From contig CAVPKM010000016.1 of the NCBI GenBank assembly GCA_963705725.1, positions 32,001 to 96,000 on the forward strand: a DNA stretch of 64,000 nt, given 5' to 3'. The translations under genes were made by a program, and so were the position numbers. The first letter of the stretch is position 1. Every line of letters begins with the position of its first letter. This stretch comes from an uncultured Gammaproteobacteria bacterium. Its GTDB lineage: Bacteria; Pseudomonadota; Gammaproteobacteria; UBA6002. Shown here piece after piece: positions 8,806-18,077 of the stretch. The notes beneath the pieces are model-generated. The model was not told where the DNA came from. It did no database searches and was given only the letters and a program-made list of their open reading frames with translations.

Positions 8806-8821
8806 GATGTTTGAATGACTG

Positions 8822-9490
8822 TTACTGCTTATCTAAAGAAACGACGCCGCTTGCTGTCGCCATGAGGATGACATCTGCCGGCTTGTTAGCAAAAAGACCA
8901 TTTCCTACTACGCCTGGCAAACAATTAATTTGATCCTCTAATTTTTTTGGCTGGAGTATGGAAAGATTGTAGACATCGAGAATGATGTTGCCATTATCTG
9001 TAATGAAATCTTCACGATAAACTGGGCTGCCTCCTAATTTAACGAGTTCTCTTGCAACAAAGCTTCTCGCCATTGGGATGACTTCGACTGGCAATGGACT
9101 TTGGCTGCCCAAAAGGTCGACTTTTTTTGTTTCATCAATAATGCAAATAAATTTTTTTGCTACAGTAGCTAATATTTTTTCACGAGTCAGCGCCCCGCCC
9201 TTTCCCTTGATTAAGTAAAAATAGGCATTAGCTTCATCTGCTCCATCTACATAAAGTGAAACCTGATCAACCGTATTCAGATCATAAACAGGAATACCCA
9301 GCGATTTAAGCGCGGTTTCCGTTGCCTTAGAGCTGGCTACCGTTCCTTCAATTTTATTTTTAACCTTGCTAAGGGCCTCAATGAAATAATGCACAGTGGA
9401 GCCCGTGCCTACCCCTACAATTCCTTCTTCTGGAAGCGATTGCAATGCGGCTTCCGCTGCTTGCTTTTTCATTTCTTCTTGATTCATCAT
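8822..9490 (-). CDS. rpiA: Ribose-5-phosphate isomerase A
   Basis: 'VGVGTGST', 'DGADE', '[13 protein letters not shown]', 'TDNGNIILD'; start trimmed to MMNQ at 9490. Confidence 0.95.
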   Translation of the reverse strand: MMNQEEMKKQAAEAALQSLPEEGIVGVGTGSTVHYFIEALSKVKNKIEGTVASSKATETALKSLGIPVYDLNTVDQVSLYVDGADEANAYFYLIKGKGGALTREKILATVAKKFICIIDETKKVDLLGSQSPLPVEVIPMARSFVARELVKLGGSPVYREDFITDNGNIILDVYNLSILQPKKLEDQINCLPGVVGNGLFANKPADVILMATASGVVSLDKQ

Positions 9491-9497
9491 TTCTTCC

Positions 9498-11552
9498 TTA
9501 TTGATTATGAATACCACTATGGCGCAACAAAGCTTCAACCTTCGGCTCTCGACCACGAAAGGCAACAAACAATTCCATGGGATCTTTTGCTCCTCCTTGT
9601 TCGAGTATGCTAGTTAAAAATTCTCGTCCCGTTTTTTCATCAAAAATACCCTTTTCCTCAAACTTTGAAAAAGCATCACTGGATAAAACCTCTGCCCATT
9701 TATAACTATAGTAGCCAGCTGCATACCCCCCTGCGAAAATATGCGAAAAGCCATGCTGAAAACGGTTGAATTCTGGAACCGGAATGACGCAAACTTTTTC
9801 CCTTGCCTCATCCAAAAAACGCTGTATTTGCAATTGCTCTTTTTCATCAAAAAATAAATGCAAATGAAAATCAAATATTGCAAATTCTAATTGCCTAACC
9901 ATATGCATAGCAGATTGAAAATTTTTAGCCGCTATCATTTTATCAAATAGCGCATCCGGTAAAGGCTCTTTGGTTTGATAATGACAAGCAATACTTTGCA
10001 GCGCAGCTTTTTCCCAACACCAATTTTCAAGAAATTGGCTTGGCAACTCTACTGCATCCCAAGGTACACCATTGATGCCTGATACATCAGCATAATCAAT
10101 TTTTGTCAATAGATGATGAAGACCATGACCAAATTCATGGAATAAAGTAATCACATCATCGTGAGTCAATAAGGCAGGGTCTTTGCCAACAGGCGCATTA
10201 AAATTACAGGTTAAATAGGCGATAGGAGTCTGAATTTTATCCGCTACTTTTCGGCGAACTCGACATTCATCCATCCAAGCTCCCCCTCTTTTATTGGGTC
10301 TTGCATAAAGATCCAAATAAAACTGACCTCGAAGCTCTCCTTGTTCAGAATAAATTTCAAAAAAGCGCACAGCTTTATGCCAACTATCTACCTGATTCAC
10401 TTCTTGAACCGTCATACCAAAAAGCTTGTTAACCACTTTAAATAACCCTTCCAGTACCTGATTTTCAGGAAAATAAGGTCGAAGGTCTTCTTGTGAAATG
10501 TGGTAGCGATGTTTTTGTAACTTCTCACTATAGTAAGCAATATCCCAAGCTGCTAATTGGGTCACGCCATAATTTTCTTTGGCAAAGGCTTTTAGTTCAT
10601 TGAATTCTTCTTTTGCCTTACCCACGCTTGCAAGTGCAAGCGCATTTAAAAAATGCAAGACCTCCTCTGGTTTTTTTGCCATTTTAGGAACCAATGATAG
10701 TGCAGCATAATTCGGATAGCCAAGTAGCAAGGCCAGCTTTCTGCGTGCCGCTAAAATTTGTTCAATTACCTCTGTGTTATCCCACTTCCCGGCATTAGGT
10801 CCTTGATCAGAGCTTCTTGTCACATAGGCGGTATATATCTCGTGTCTTAATTTTGCACAATCTGCATAGGTAATGACCGCCACATAGGCGGGTTGCTCTA
10901 AAGTAAAGACGTAACCGGGCAGTCCAAGTTTTTCTGCTGCTTCTTTAGCTGTGGCAATGGCAATTTTGGGTATCCCTGACAAGTCGGCTTCTTTGGTAAT
11001 ATGTTTGTACCAGCCTTGTGTCGCATCCATGAGATTATGTTCAAATTTGGCTGTTAACTTAGATAATTGTTGTTGAAGTTCTCCATATCGCTTTTTAGAC
11101 TCAGGAGAGAGATTCACCCCCGCTAATTGAAAATCACGCAATTCATTTTCAATCACCTTTTGTTGTGCCGCATCAAGAGAATTAAATTCGCTGTCTTCCT
11201 TTAAGGACTTGATCGCATTATATAACGCGATATTTTGTCCCATTTCTGTCGAATAATCAGATAATTTAGGCAAGCAAGCATCATAGGCTTCACGCAAGGC
11301 AGGAGTAGAGGCAACCGCATTGAGATGACTGACCCTGGACCACATTTGACTGAGCCGATCATCGACTTCTTCTAATGGAACCATCAAATTTTCCCAGGTT
11401 CTATGCTGTTGTTTATTGATGATTTTTTCCACATCCTCTCGATTTTCTTGCAAGACTTTATTCAGCGTTGGTTCGATTTGCTCCGGCTTAATTTCACTAA
11501 ACTTCGGAAGGGAAAATCGATCAAGCAATGGATTGGACATGGCATACCCCAT
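9498..11552 (-). CDS. prlC: Oligopeptidase A (M3 family)
   Basis: '[12 protein letters not shown]' HExxH, '[14 protein letters not shown]', '[20 protein letters not shown]'. Confidence 0.94.
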   Translation of the reverse strand: MGYAMSNPLLDRFSLPKFSEIKPEQIEPTLNKVLQENREDVEKIINKQQHRTWENLMVPLEEVDDRLSQMWSRVSHLNAVASTPALREAYDACLPKLSDYSTEMGQNIALYNAIKSLKEDSEFNSLDAAQQKVIENELRDFQLAGVNLSPESKKRYGELQQQLSKLTAKFEHNLMDATQGWYKHITKEADLSGIPKIAIATAKEAAEKLGLPGYVFTLEQPAYVAVITYADCAKLRHEIYTAYVTRSSDQGPNAGKWDNTEVIEQILAARRKLALLLGYPNYAALSLVPKMAKKPEEVLHFLNALALASVGKAKEEFNELKAFAKENYGVTQLAAWDIAYYSEKLQKHRYHISQEDLRPYFPENQVLEGLFKVVNKLFGMTVQEVNQVDSWHKAVRFFEIYSEQGELRGQFYLDLYARPNKRGGAWMDECRVRRKVADKIQTPIAYLTCNFNAPVGKDPALLTHDDVITLFHEFGHGLHHLLTKIDYADVSGINGVPWDAVELPSQFLENWCWEKAALQSIACHYQTKEPLPDALFDKMIAAKNFQSAMHMVRQLEFAIFDFHLHLFFDEKEQLQIQRFLDEAREKVCVIPVPEFNRFQHGFSHIFAGGYAAGYYSYKWAEVLSSDAFSKFEEKGIFDEKTGREFLTSILEQGGAKDPMELFVAFRGREPKVEALLRHSGIHNQ

Positions 11553-11604
11553 AATTTTTTTTTGTTAAAAATTGTAGTTCAGGAATAGTAACAAATAAAT
11601 ATAG

Positions 11605-11624
11605 ATTCCCATATTAATGGGAAT
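11605..11624. promoter_or_regulatory. Palindrome in the prlC / triple-barrel divergent promoter (possible operator)
   Basis: ATTCCCAT-ATTA-ATGGGAAT, immediately followed by TGCTATAAAAT (extended -10-like). Confidence 0.4.
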
Positions 11625-11692
11625 TGCTATAAAATGTCACCGATTCTTCCCGCCTCTTTTCTCTAAGACATGATGGTTCATAAGGATATAAG

Positions 11693-14600
11693 ATGAAGAA
11701 ATGGATTCAAATACTGGCTTGCCTGGGTTATTTCACGCCGGTATTTGGCACAGCACATGATACCTTTATGGTAACCGGCGATGAGCTACAGGAAGTTTCA
11801 AACTTTCCACATTATTTGCAAACCCCAAATTTTTTTACTCATGTTTACCCAGAAAACATCAACCCAAATTTAGTGTTAATTACCAGGACAAATCGCGGAT
11901 TTGCGTTTGGTGTCACCGGATTTTCCTCGCGAATCTTTGATAATCAAACTGATTATGCCATCGTTGATTTTGCCGATGCCTCTGGAGCGGTTTTTACACC
12001 CAGTTTAGCCTCGAGCATTAAGGCCATTCCTCCTGAATCCCATTTTGGTTATGGCGCTTACCTAGGATATGTTTATCCCTATACCGGTAAAGATATTTTT
12101 TTAGATTTTTCAATTATCGATGGGGCGCGCTCAAATACAACAGATAAGCCATTTCATGGGTCTATATGGACTCCCTTGGCGCTTTATGATCGCAGTATTA
12201 CTGCAAAAGGGGTAATGGCAAGATACTCGACAAATATTCAACAAGCGAAGCTGCTCGTTGGAGAAGAAATACGTCCCGGCACACGCTTTCGGTTTCACCC
12301 CTCTTTCGGTGCAAAATATGCCGAGATCAATCGCAAATTGTCAACCAGCTATCTTGAAGCCGCTGGCATATTAGAAGATCCACATGGCAATACGGTGGTC
12401 AGGGAAAAAAGCGAATTTCGAGGAATTGGACCCGCAATTCAATTAGATGGCGCCTATTTTTTTGCGCCACATCTGGGCCTAACAGCCCATGCGTTGACAG
12501 CCATTATAGTTGGAACGATCCAAAGTAGTATACGCGTCAATGATCTTCAAGTCCCTCCACTTGAAGCGGTTCCCCCTTCTAACACCCAAATTAATTTAAA
12601 ATCCACTGACCGCACCGTACCGAATATTACTGGAAAAATTGGGCTGGTTTACGAATATCCTTTATGCGGCAGCTTAATGAAAATTGATTTGGAAGTAGGT
12701 TATCAGTTCGACCACTTTTTTAACGCGATTGATATTTATCGCAGCACAGGAAGCGTGATTCTTGCAGATTCCTTAGTCACCACCGCCTCTACCACTTATA
12801 TTGATACTCCGCTTCATATTAAACGGCCCAACGATTTGACACTGGCAGGCCCTTATCTTTCCTTCGGCATCTCTGGCATCTCATGTCCAAGTGATAGTGT
12901 AATCGATCCTGTCTGTCTCACCGTTCCAAGACAAGAAGGCGGCTTCGTGTTTGGTATCGGCCCTGTTTATTATCGAATTCAAACCAATCAACAAGATTTT
13001 TCTATTTCTGAACCCAATTTATTGCAACCGGTTAATATCGCCCCCATCGATCTTTTATCCCCACAACCGCTTTTTATACCTAGCATACAATCATCACTTA
13101 AAAATGTGAGATCAAATAATGCAGGAGGCTTGCTCATCACTGGCGGATATATTTTTCGCGATTCGCCTTATGATATTACTGCCCATTTTGAGGGTGCGAA
13201 AACTCAGAATCGGAAAACGGCTAAGCAATCTAATGACAATAAATCCGTCATCATTTGGCCAATATTATCGATTCCTTTCTTAGACCCCAGTGCCAACCGA
13301 GTTTTTGCAAGCGATGCTAAAACTAATGCCAAGTATAGCTATAGCGAATTCCATGTTGACATTGGTCAAGCGATTAACGGCGATTCTCTTTTTTGGGCCA
13401 GACTATTTGCAGGAATACAGTATGCGCTGATAAAACAAAATTTTAATGTCACTTATGATAATCTGACCACTGTGCCAATCTTTCCTGGGACAGGAAGCAC
13501 CAATGTTCCGATTCCCCTCTTTTTTCCTCAAGAACAAATTGTTCAGGAAAGTAACTTTAGCGGAATTGGTCCACGTGTTGGTTTGGATTTTGGCCTACCA
13601 TTTGGCAATCTGTCCCTGGTTTCTGAACTGGCAACTGGCTTTTTAGCAGGAAATGTCGATGCCAGTTATAAAGATGCAGTCCAACCCGGATTTTTACCCA
13701 ATCCTGTACTAGGAGGTCAACCCATCCCGGTCATTCCCTTCCGGGTTCTGGGGACAAAAGTGGAAGGAGATCACCCCTATTCACCTTTTTTTGATTTAAA
13801 AATTGCGCTGGCTTACACCTGGAATTTTTTCTCAGGTACTAAATGGTCGGTGGAACTCGGTTATCGGGCGATCCATTACTTTAATGCCCTCACCACCTTT
13901 ACCCATCTTACTAACAACGCTGCAGTTTTTGCTAAGCAGATTGGAGACGTGAGTTTAGATGGCCCCTATCTTAACTTAACTGTTTTTGGCTTCGATGCTT
14001 GCCCACCTGATTGCGCTCCTAAAGGACCTTTCTGTGTCTATGTTCCAGAGCTTAAAGGGGGGATTGAATTAGCTTTTGAATGGCTTTATGCAAAGCCACA
14101 CGCTACCAACATTGACTTTGGCATTCTTGATCCTACGCCGGTCATTATTCCAGTCGTTGAGACCTCCCCTCCCGGTATTTATCCGCAAGGTATTCCGCTA
14201 AATCCAAGCGCCGCCTCAGCCATGAAGGTGCTAAGCCCAAGATCTCACTCTGGTGGCAGGGTGCATTTGGGTTATATTTTTCCTTTGACTTCAAACGACC
14301 TTTCAGTCAATGCCACCCTTTTCAATGAAAAAAATTACAAATTCATCACGGCCAAAACTCCCGGCGTGATTTGGACAATTAACAACGGTAATGTTGGAAT
14401 TCAAAATCCCTTAGCCCAATCTTTTTTTCCGGTACTTGCTAATCGCGCCGACGTCAGTGTTAAATTCAAATGGTTAACAGATAATGTCGAGTTTGGAAAA
14501 CGGATCAAATTTCATCAACTCATGACAAGATTTTTTGCAGGCCTCAGCTATGCAAAAATTAAGGAAGGGATCACCATTGTTTACAGTGAAGGGCTCACCA

Positions 14601-15046
14601 ACTTTTTGAATCCTACCGCCACCTTCGTTCCCCTTGATACGATTAACCAACTTAATGATTTTTGGGGTGTGGGCCCTCGTTTCGGCCTAGCTGGAGATTT
14701 AGCGTTGGGTTGTGGCTTTTCTTTAATCGGCCAAATAGCGACAGATTTACTCGTTGGCAAATTCGATAGCCATTATATTGAGCAGTCCTCATATGGCCAG
14801 GTGGATGTGTTAAACCCAAACAAACGAAATCGCTTTGTGCCAGAATTAGATGGCAAATTCGGCGCAGCTTATACTGTTGTGTTAAAAAATTGTTCTCAAG
14901 TCAGTCTCGAAGGGGGCTATAGCGCGAATCATTACTTTAAGGTCAAAGATAGTCTGCGCTTTACTGGCGCTGTTTCAAGCTTTCTTAAACAAAATCAAGA
15001 TATTAGCTTTAGCGGTCCCTATGTAAGGCTGCAAATTGATTTTTAG
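11693..15046 (+). CDS. Outer-membrane protein with three tandem Lpg1974/Legionella-MOMP-like beta-barrel domains
   Basis: Signal peptide; three repeats of F.G[IV]GP...[VS]P....K....Y...E.GY...H[FY]F...D....GPY; C-terminal beta-signal ending in Phe. Confidence 0.8.
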   Translation: MKKWIQILACLGYFTPVFGTAHDTFMVTGDELQEVSNFPHYLQTPNFFTHVYPENINPNLVLITRTNRGFAFGVTGFSSRIFDNQTDYAIVDFADASGAVFTPSLASSIKAIPPESHFGYGAYLGYVYPYTGKDIFLDFSIIDGARSNTTDKPFHGSIWTPLALYDRSITAKGVMARYSTNIQQAKLLVGEEIRPGTRFRFHPSFGAKYAEINRKLSTSYLEAAGILEDPHGNTVVREKSEFRGIGPAIQLDGAYFFAPHLGLTAHALTAIIVGTIQSSIRVNDLQVPPLEAVPPSNTQINLKSTDRTVPNITGKIGLVYEYPLCGSLMKIDLEVGYQFDHFFNAIDIYRSTGSVILADSLVTTASTTYIDTPLHIKRPNDLTLAGPYLSFGISGISCPSDSVIDPVCLTVPRQEGGFVFGIGPVYYRIQTNQQDFSISEPNLLQPVNIAPIDLLSPQPLFIPSIQSSLKNVRSNNAGGLLITGGYIFRDSPYDITAHFEGAKTQNRKTAKQSNDNKSVIIWPILSIPFLDPSANRVFASDAKTNAKYSYSEFHVDIGQAINGDSLFWARLFAGIQYALIKQNFNVTYDNLTTVPIFPGTGSTNVPIPLFFPQEQIVQESNFSGIGPRVGLDFGLPFGNLSLVSELATGFLAGNVDASYKDAVQPGFLPNPVLGGQPIPVIPFRVLGTKVEGDHPYSPFFDLKIALAYTWNFFSGTKWSVELGYRAIHYFNALTTFTHLTNNAAVFAKQIGDVSLDGPYLNLTVFGFDACPPDCAPKGPFCVYVPELKGGIELAFEWLYAKPHATNIDFGILDPTPVIIPVVETSPPGIYPQGIPLNPSAASAMKVLSPRSHSGGRVHLGYIFPLTSNDLSVNATLFNEKNYKFITAKTPGVIWTINNGNVGIQNPLAQSFFPVLANRADVSVKFKWLTDNVEFGKRIKFHQLMTRFFAGLSYAKIKEGITIVYSEGLTNFLNPTATFVPLDTINQLNDFWGVGPRFGLAGDLALGCGFSLIGQIATDLLVGKFDSHYIEQSSYGQVDVLNPNKRNRFVPELDGKFGAAYTVVLKNCSQVSLEGGYSANHYFKVKDSLRFTGAVSSFLKQNQDISFSGPYVRLQIDF

Positions 15047-15055
15047 TAAAGCCGC

Positions 15056-15673
15056 TTAACGCATCCATTCAGCATCAAGCTGAGCTTTATTAAGTTGTAG
15101 CCACTGAATGCCAATAATTGTTAGTGAACTTTTTATTCTGCCTTCTGCGAGTAACTCGAAGGCTTTTTCCGTTTTAACGGCATGAACAAAAATATCTTCT
15201 TGCTCATTTTTCAATCCATGTATTCCGCCAGCCGATTCCGTATCAATTTTGGCACAAAATAAAGTTAGGTATTCATTACTTGAACCAGGCGTCACCCAAT
15301 ATTCATAAATCTTTTTTAAATCTAGAACTTGGACGCCTGCTTCTTCCACCATTTCTCGCAACATAAGCGCTTCAGGTGATTCATCTTTAGAATTAGCAAT
15401 GCCAGCCACAAATTCTAGTAACCATGGATGTGAATTTTCCATCGCCCCGGTACGAAACTGCTCAATTAAAATCACTTCGTCACGATAAGGATCATAAGGG
15501 ATAGCCGCGGCGACATGTGTCCTGACGAGAACCTCGCGCTCGATTAATTCACTCCAACCACCAGCAAATAGCCGATGTTTTATTTGAAATTTTTTCAGCT
15601 CAAAAAAACCTTGGTAGCAATTCTCTGTGGCAATTATTTTAAGGTCTTTTTGAGTTAGCTTATTATCTTTCAT
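15056..15673 (-). CDS. nudF: ADP-ribose pyrophosphatase (Nudix)
   Basis: 'LFAGGWS', 'PYDPYRDEVILIEQFR', Nudix box 'REMVEEAG', 'GGIHGL..EQEDIFV'; start trimmed to ATG 15673. Confidence 0.9.
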   Translation of the reverse strand: MKDNKLTQKDLKIIATENCYQGFFELKKFQIKHRLFAGGWSELIEREVLVRTHVAAAIPYDPYRDEVILIEQFRTGAMENSHPWLLEFVAGIANSKDESPEALMLREMVEEAGVQVLDLKKIYEYWVTPGSSNEYLTLFCAKIDTESAGGIHGLKNEQEDIFVHAVKTEKAFELLAEGRIKSSLTIIGIQWLQLNKAQLDAEWMR

Positions 15674-15865
15674 CCCAAACGCGCCTTGCCCATTAAATGT
15701 ATCACATATAGGAAATATAGAATGAAGCGATGCCAAGATCAATAAAACAACAGAAGAACCAAAAAACATGCATTATATTTGCTGAAATTAATATTAAGTT
15801 GATACAATTCCAAGTTAGGGATTGAAGTAAGTGGCTTGGTTTAAACAGGGGTTTATTTTGATGGA

Positions 15866-15906
15866 TGGTTGCCTGCCTACGCGGGCATGACAGGGTTTTT
15901 GTCATG
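15866..15906. repeat. REP-like palindromic unit
   Basis: Minus strand GTCATGCCCGCGTAGGCAGGCAACCA resembles GTCATTCCCGCG..GGCGGGAATCCA REP units; adjoining CATGACA...TGTCATG hairpin. Confidence 0.45.
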
Positions 15907-15915
15907 GGAAATGTA

Positions 15916-16611
15916 ATGAAGCAGGATGTTTTTGCCCAATTATCGCTTAATAACCACAAAGGCCTGGAGATTGCCAGGGTCAATATGCTTAAGCAACAGA
16001 TTAGGACCTGGGATGTACTAGACGATAAAATACTTTCACTTTTTTATTCCACCCCACGCGAAGATTTCGTGCCTCAAAAATATCAACCTCTCGCCTTTGC
16101 AGACTTCTGTATCCCTTTAAATCGTGATAAAAAAATGATGCTGCCTAGAGAGGAAGCGAAAATTCTTCAGGAATTTGCATTTAATGGAGAGGAAAAAGTG
16201 CTGGTTCTGGGCGGAGATAGCGGTTTCCTCGTCGCGCTTCTCGCCAAGCTTTCAAAGGAAGTTTATTATTTCGAGAGCAATCTCACCGATCTTGAGCAAA
16301 TAAGAACAAAGTTAGCGCCGTATAAATTTTCCAATATTGTAACATTAATCGGTAACCTCAATGAGGGTTGGCAAGATCTTTGCCCATTCGATGTGATCCT
16401 CCTAACAGGTTCAATGCCCTCGATACCCGAGTTTCTCAAAAATTCTCTTTCTATGAACGGTCGTCTCTTTGTGGTGATTGGGCAGCTCCCCATTATGGAA
16501 GCGACTTTAATTATTCGATCCTCAAATTTGACTTGGGCAGAAAAAAAACTTTTTGAAACAGAACGTCCACGCTTGCAAGATAGTATCGAAGAAGAACAAT
16601 TTTTATTCTGA
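15916..16611 (+). CDS. pcm: Protein-L-isoaspartate O-methyltransferase family protein
   Basis: 'ARVNMLKQQIRTWDV', 'PREDFVP...LAFAD', 'PFDVILLTGS', 'GRLFVVIG', 'LFET'; start uncertain (15865/15904/15916). Confidence 0.82.
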   Translation: MKQDVFAQLSLNNHKGLEIARVNMLKQQIRTWDVLDDKILSLFYSTPREDFVPQKYQPLAFADFCIPLNRDKKMMLPREEAKILQEFAFNGEEKVLVLGGDSGFLVALLAKLSKEVYYFESNLTDLEQIRTKLAPYKFSNIVTLIGNLNEGWQDLCPFDVILLTGSMPSIPEFLKNSLSMNGRLFVVIGQLPIMEATLIIRSSNLTWAEKKLFETERPRLQDSIEEEQFLF

Positions 16612-16651
16612 TCATTTCCTTTCTTTATTTTTATTTTATTAAATGAGCTAA

Positions 16652-18073
16652 TTGATGGCAAAAATTCTCTGTTTTATTCTTAGCAGCTTATTATGCTGGT
16701 CTTCAGCCGCTAGTGCAGCGGATTTAATCGATGTATATTGTGAAGCAGTAGCGTGTGATCCAAAATTCAATGCAGATTATGCCGCGCTGTTAGCAAATCG
16801 CCAAGCCATCCCAATTAGCCGCGCTGAGCTTCTTCCTCGATTAGATATTCATGCTGAAGTGTCAAGAGAGAAAACTAAGCTACAAGGGATTAACTTTTCT
16901 GATTTTCAATCAACAGGTGTTTTTATACCCCATGAGTCAACAAAAACCTTTTATCAAAACGTGGTTTATTATTATCTCAAACTTTCTCAACCGGTTTTCA
17001 ATTATAAAAGCTTCTCGCAGTTAAAGCAGTCAAAAGCCACCGTGTTACAAGCGGAGGCGACATTCTGCGCTTCGACTCAAGATTTAATCTCCAGGGTGGC
17101 ACGCGCCTATTTCGACATATTAATTGCTGATACAAATTTATTTTATACTCGCCAACACAAAAAAGCCGTAGCTGAACAATTAAGACAAACACGAATAGAG
17201 TTTAAAGTAGGCACCGTTCCGATTACCAATGTTTATGAAGCAAAGGCAGCTTATGACCTGGTTGTCGCACAAGAAGTATCAGATCGCTACGCGCTTGCAT
17301 CAAAAATTGAAGTATTACGTACGATCACAGGACACCTCTATTGCAATTTGAAAGGATTAAGTGCGTATCTACCGCTTATCGTCCCAGACCCAAAAGATAT
17401 CAATGGATGGGCTTGCTCAGCAGAAAAACAAAACTGGCAATTATTAGCGGCGCGTTACAGCGCTTTGGCAACAAGAGAAAATATCAAGATTCAAGCAAGT
17501 GATAGCTTGCCCGTTATCAATTCTTATGGCCAATATACTTTTAATTATCTCAGTAATTTTCAAGGAAGCGGGATATTAAGTAGGGAAAGAGATATCGAAG
17601 CAGGGGTTGAATTAAACTGGAGTCCAATTAGAGGCGGAGGGATTAGAGCAAGAACCACACAAGCTCAATACCAATACCAACAGGCAATGGATCAGCAAGA
17701 ACAAATACACCGAAAAGTAGTGTCAGATGCAAGAAATGCTTATTTGGGTATCTTCACAGGAATTGCCGAGGTCAAAGCCTACCGAGAAGCAGTGCGATCA
17801 GGTGAGGTCTCTTTAAAAGCAACCATTGAAAGCTATAAAGTTGGATTGAGAACGATTTTGGATGTACTCAATCAAGAAACTCAACTTTATCAGGCAGAGA
17901 AAAATTTTGCCCAAGCACGTTATGATTATATTTATCAAATAATTTTATTAAAACAAGCAGCGGGCACCCTAAATTTGACTGATTTGCAGCATATTAATAC
18001 GTGGCTGTATTCTACCGTCGATATTGCAAATTACGATGCCTTACTAGACGGCTGCTTAGATGCACAGTTTTGA
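16652..18073 (+). CDS. tolC: TolC-family outer membrane efflux channel
   Basis: Signal peptide then 'ADLIDVY', 'SRAELLPRL', 'RVARAYF', 'YKVGLRTILDVL', 'ARYDYI...LKQAAGTL'; divergent from nudF; ATG at 16655. Confidence 0.9.
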   Translation: MMAKILCFILSSLLCWSSAASAADLIDVYCEAVACDPKFNADYAALLANRQAIPISRAELLPRLDIHAEVSREKTKLQGINFSDFQSTGVFIPHESTKTFYQNVVYYYLKLSQPVFNYKSFSQLKQSKATVLQAEATFCASTQDLISRVARAYFDILIADTNLFYTRQHKKAVAEQLRQTRIEFKVGTVPITNVYEAKAAYDLVVAQEVSDRYALASKIEVLRTITGHLYCNLKGLSAYLPLIVPDPKDINGWACSAEKQNWQLLAARYSALATRENIKIQASDSLPVINSYGQYTFNYLSNFQGSGILSRERDIEAGVELNWSPIRGGGIRARTTQAQYQYQQAMDQQEQIHRKVVSDARNAYLGIFTGIAEVKAYREAVRSGEVSLKATIESYKVGLRTILDVLNQETQLYQAEKNFAQARYDYIYQIILLKQAAGTLNLTDLQHINTWLYSTVDIANYDALLDGCLDAQF

Positions 18074-18077
18074 TGAA

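Noticed and set aside
9389-9883. Short alternate-frame ORFs over rpiA/prlC, and similar 60-130 aa ORFs throughout the track
   Set aside because: They lie within or antisense to well-supported genes and show no recognisable motifs; treated as shadow ORFs.
15702-15983. 93-aa minus-strand ORF in the nudF-pcm gap
   Set aside because: Overlaps pcm and the REP-like unit, has no RBS or family motif, and covers the divergent promoter region.
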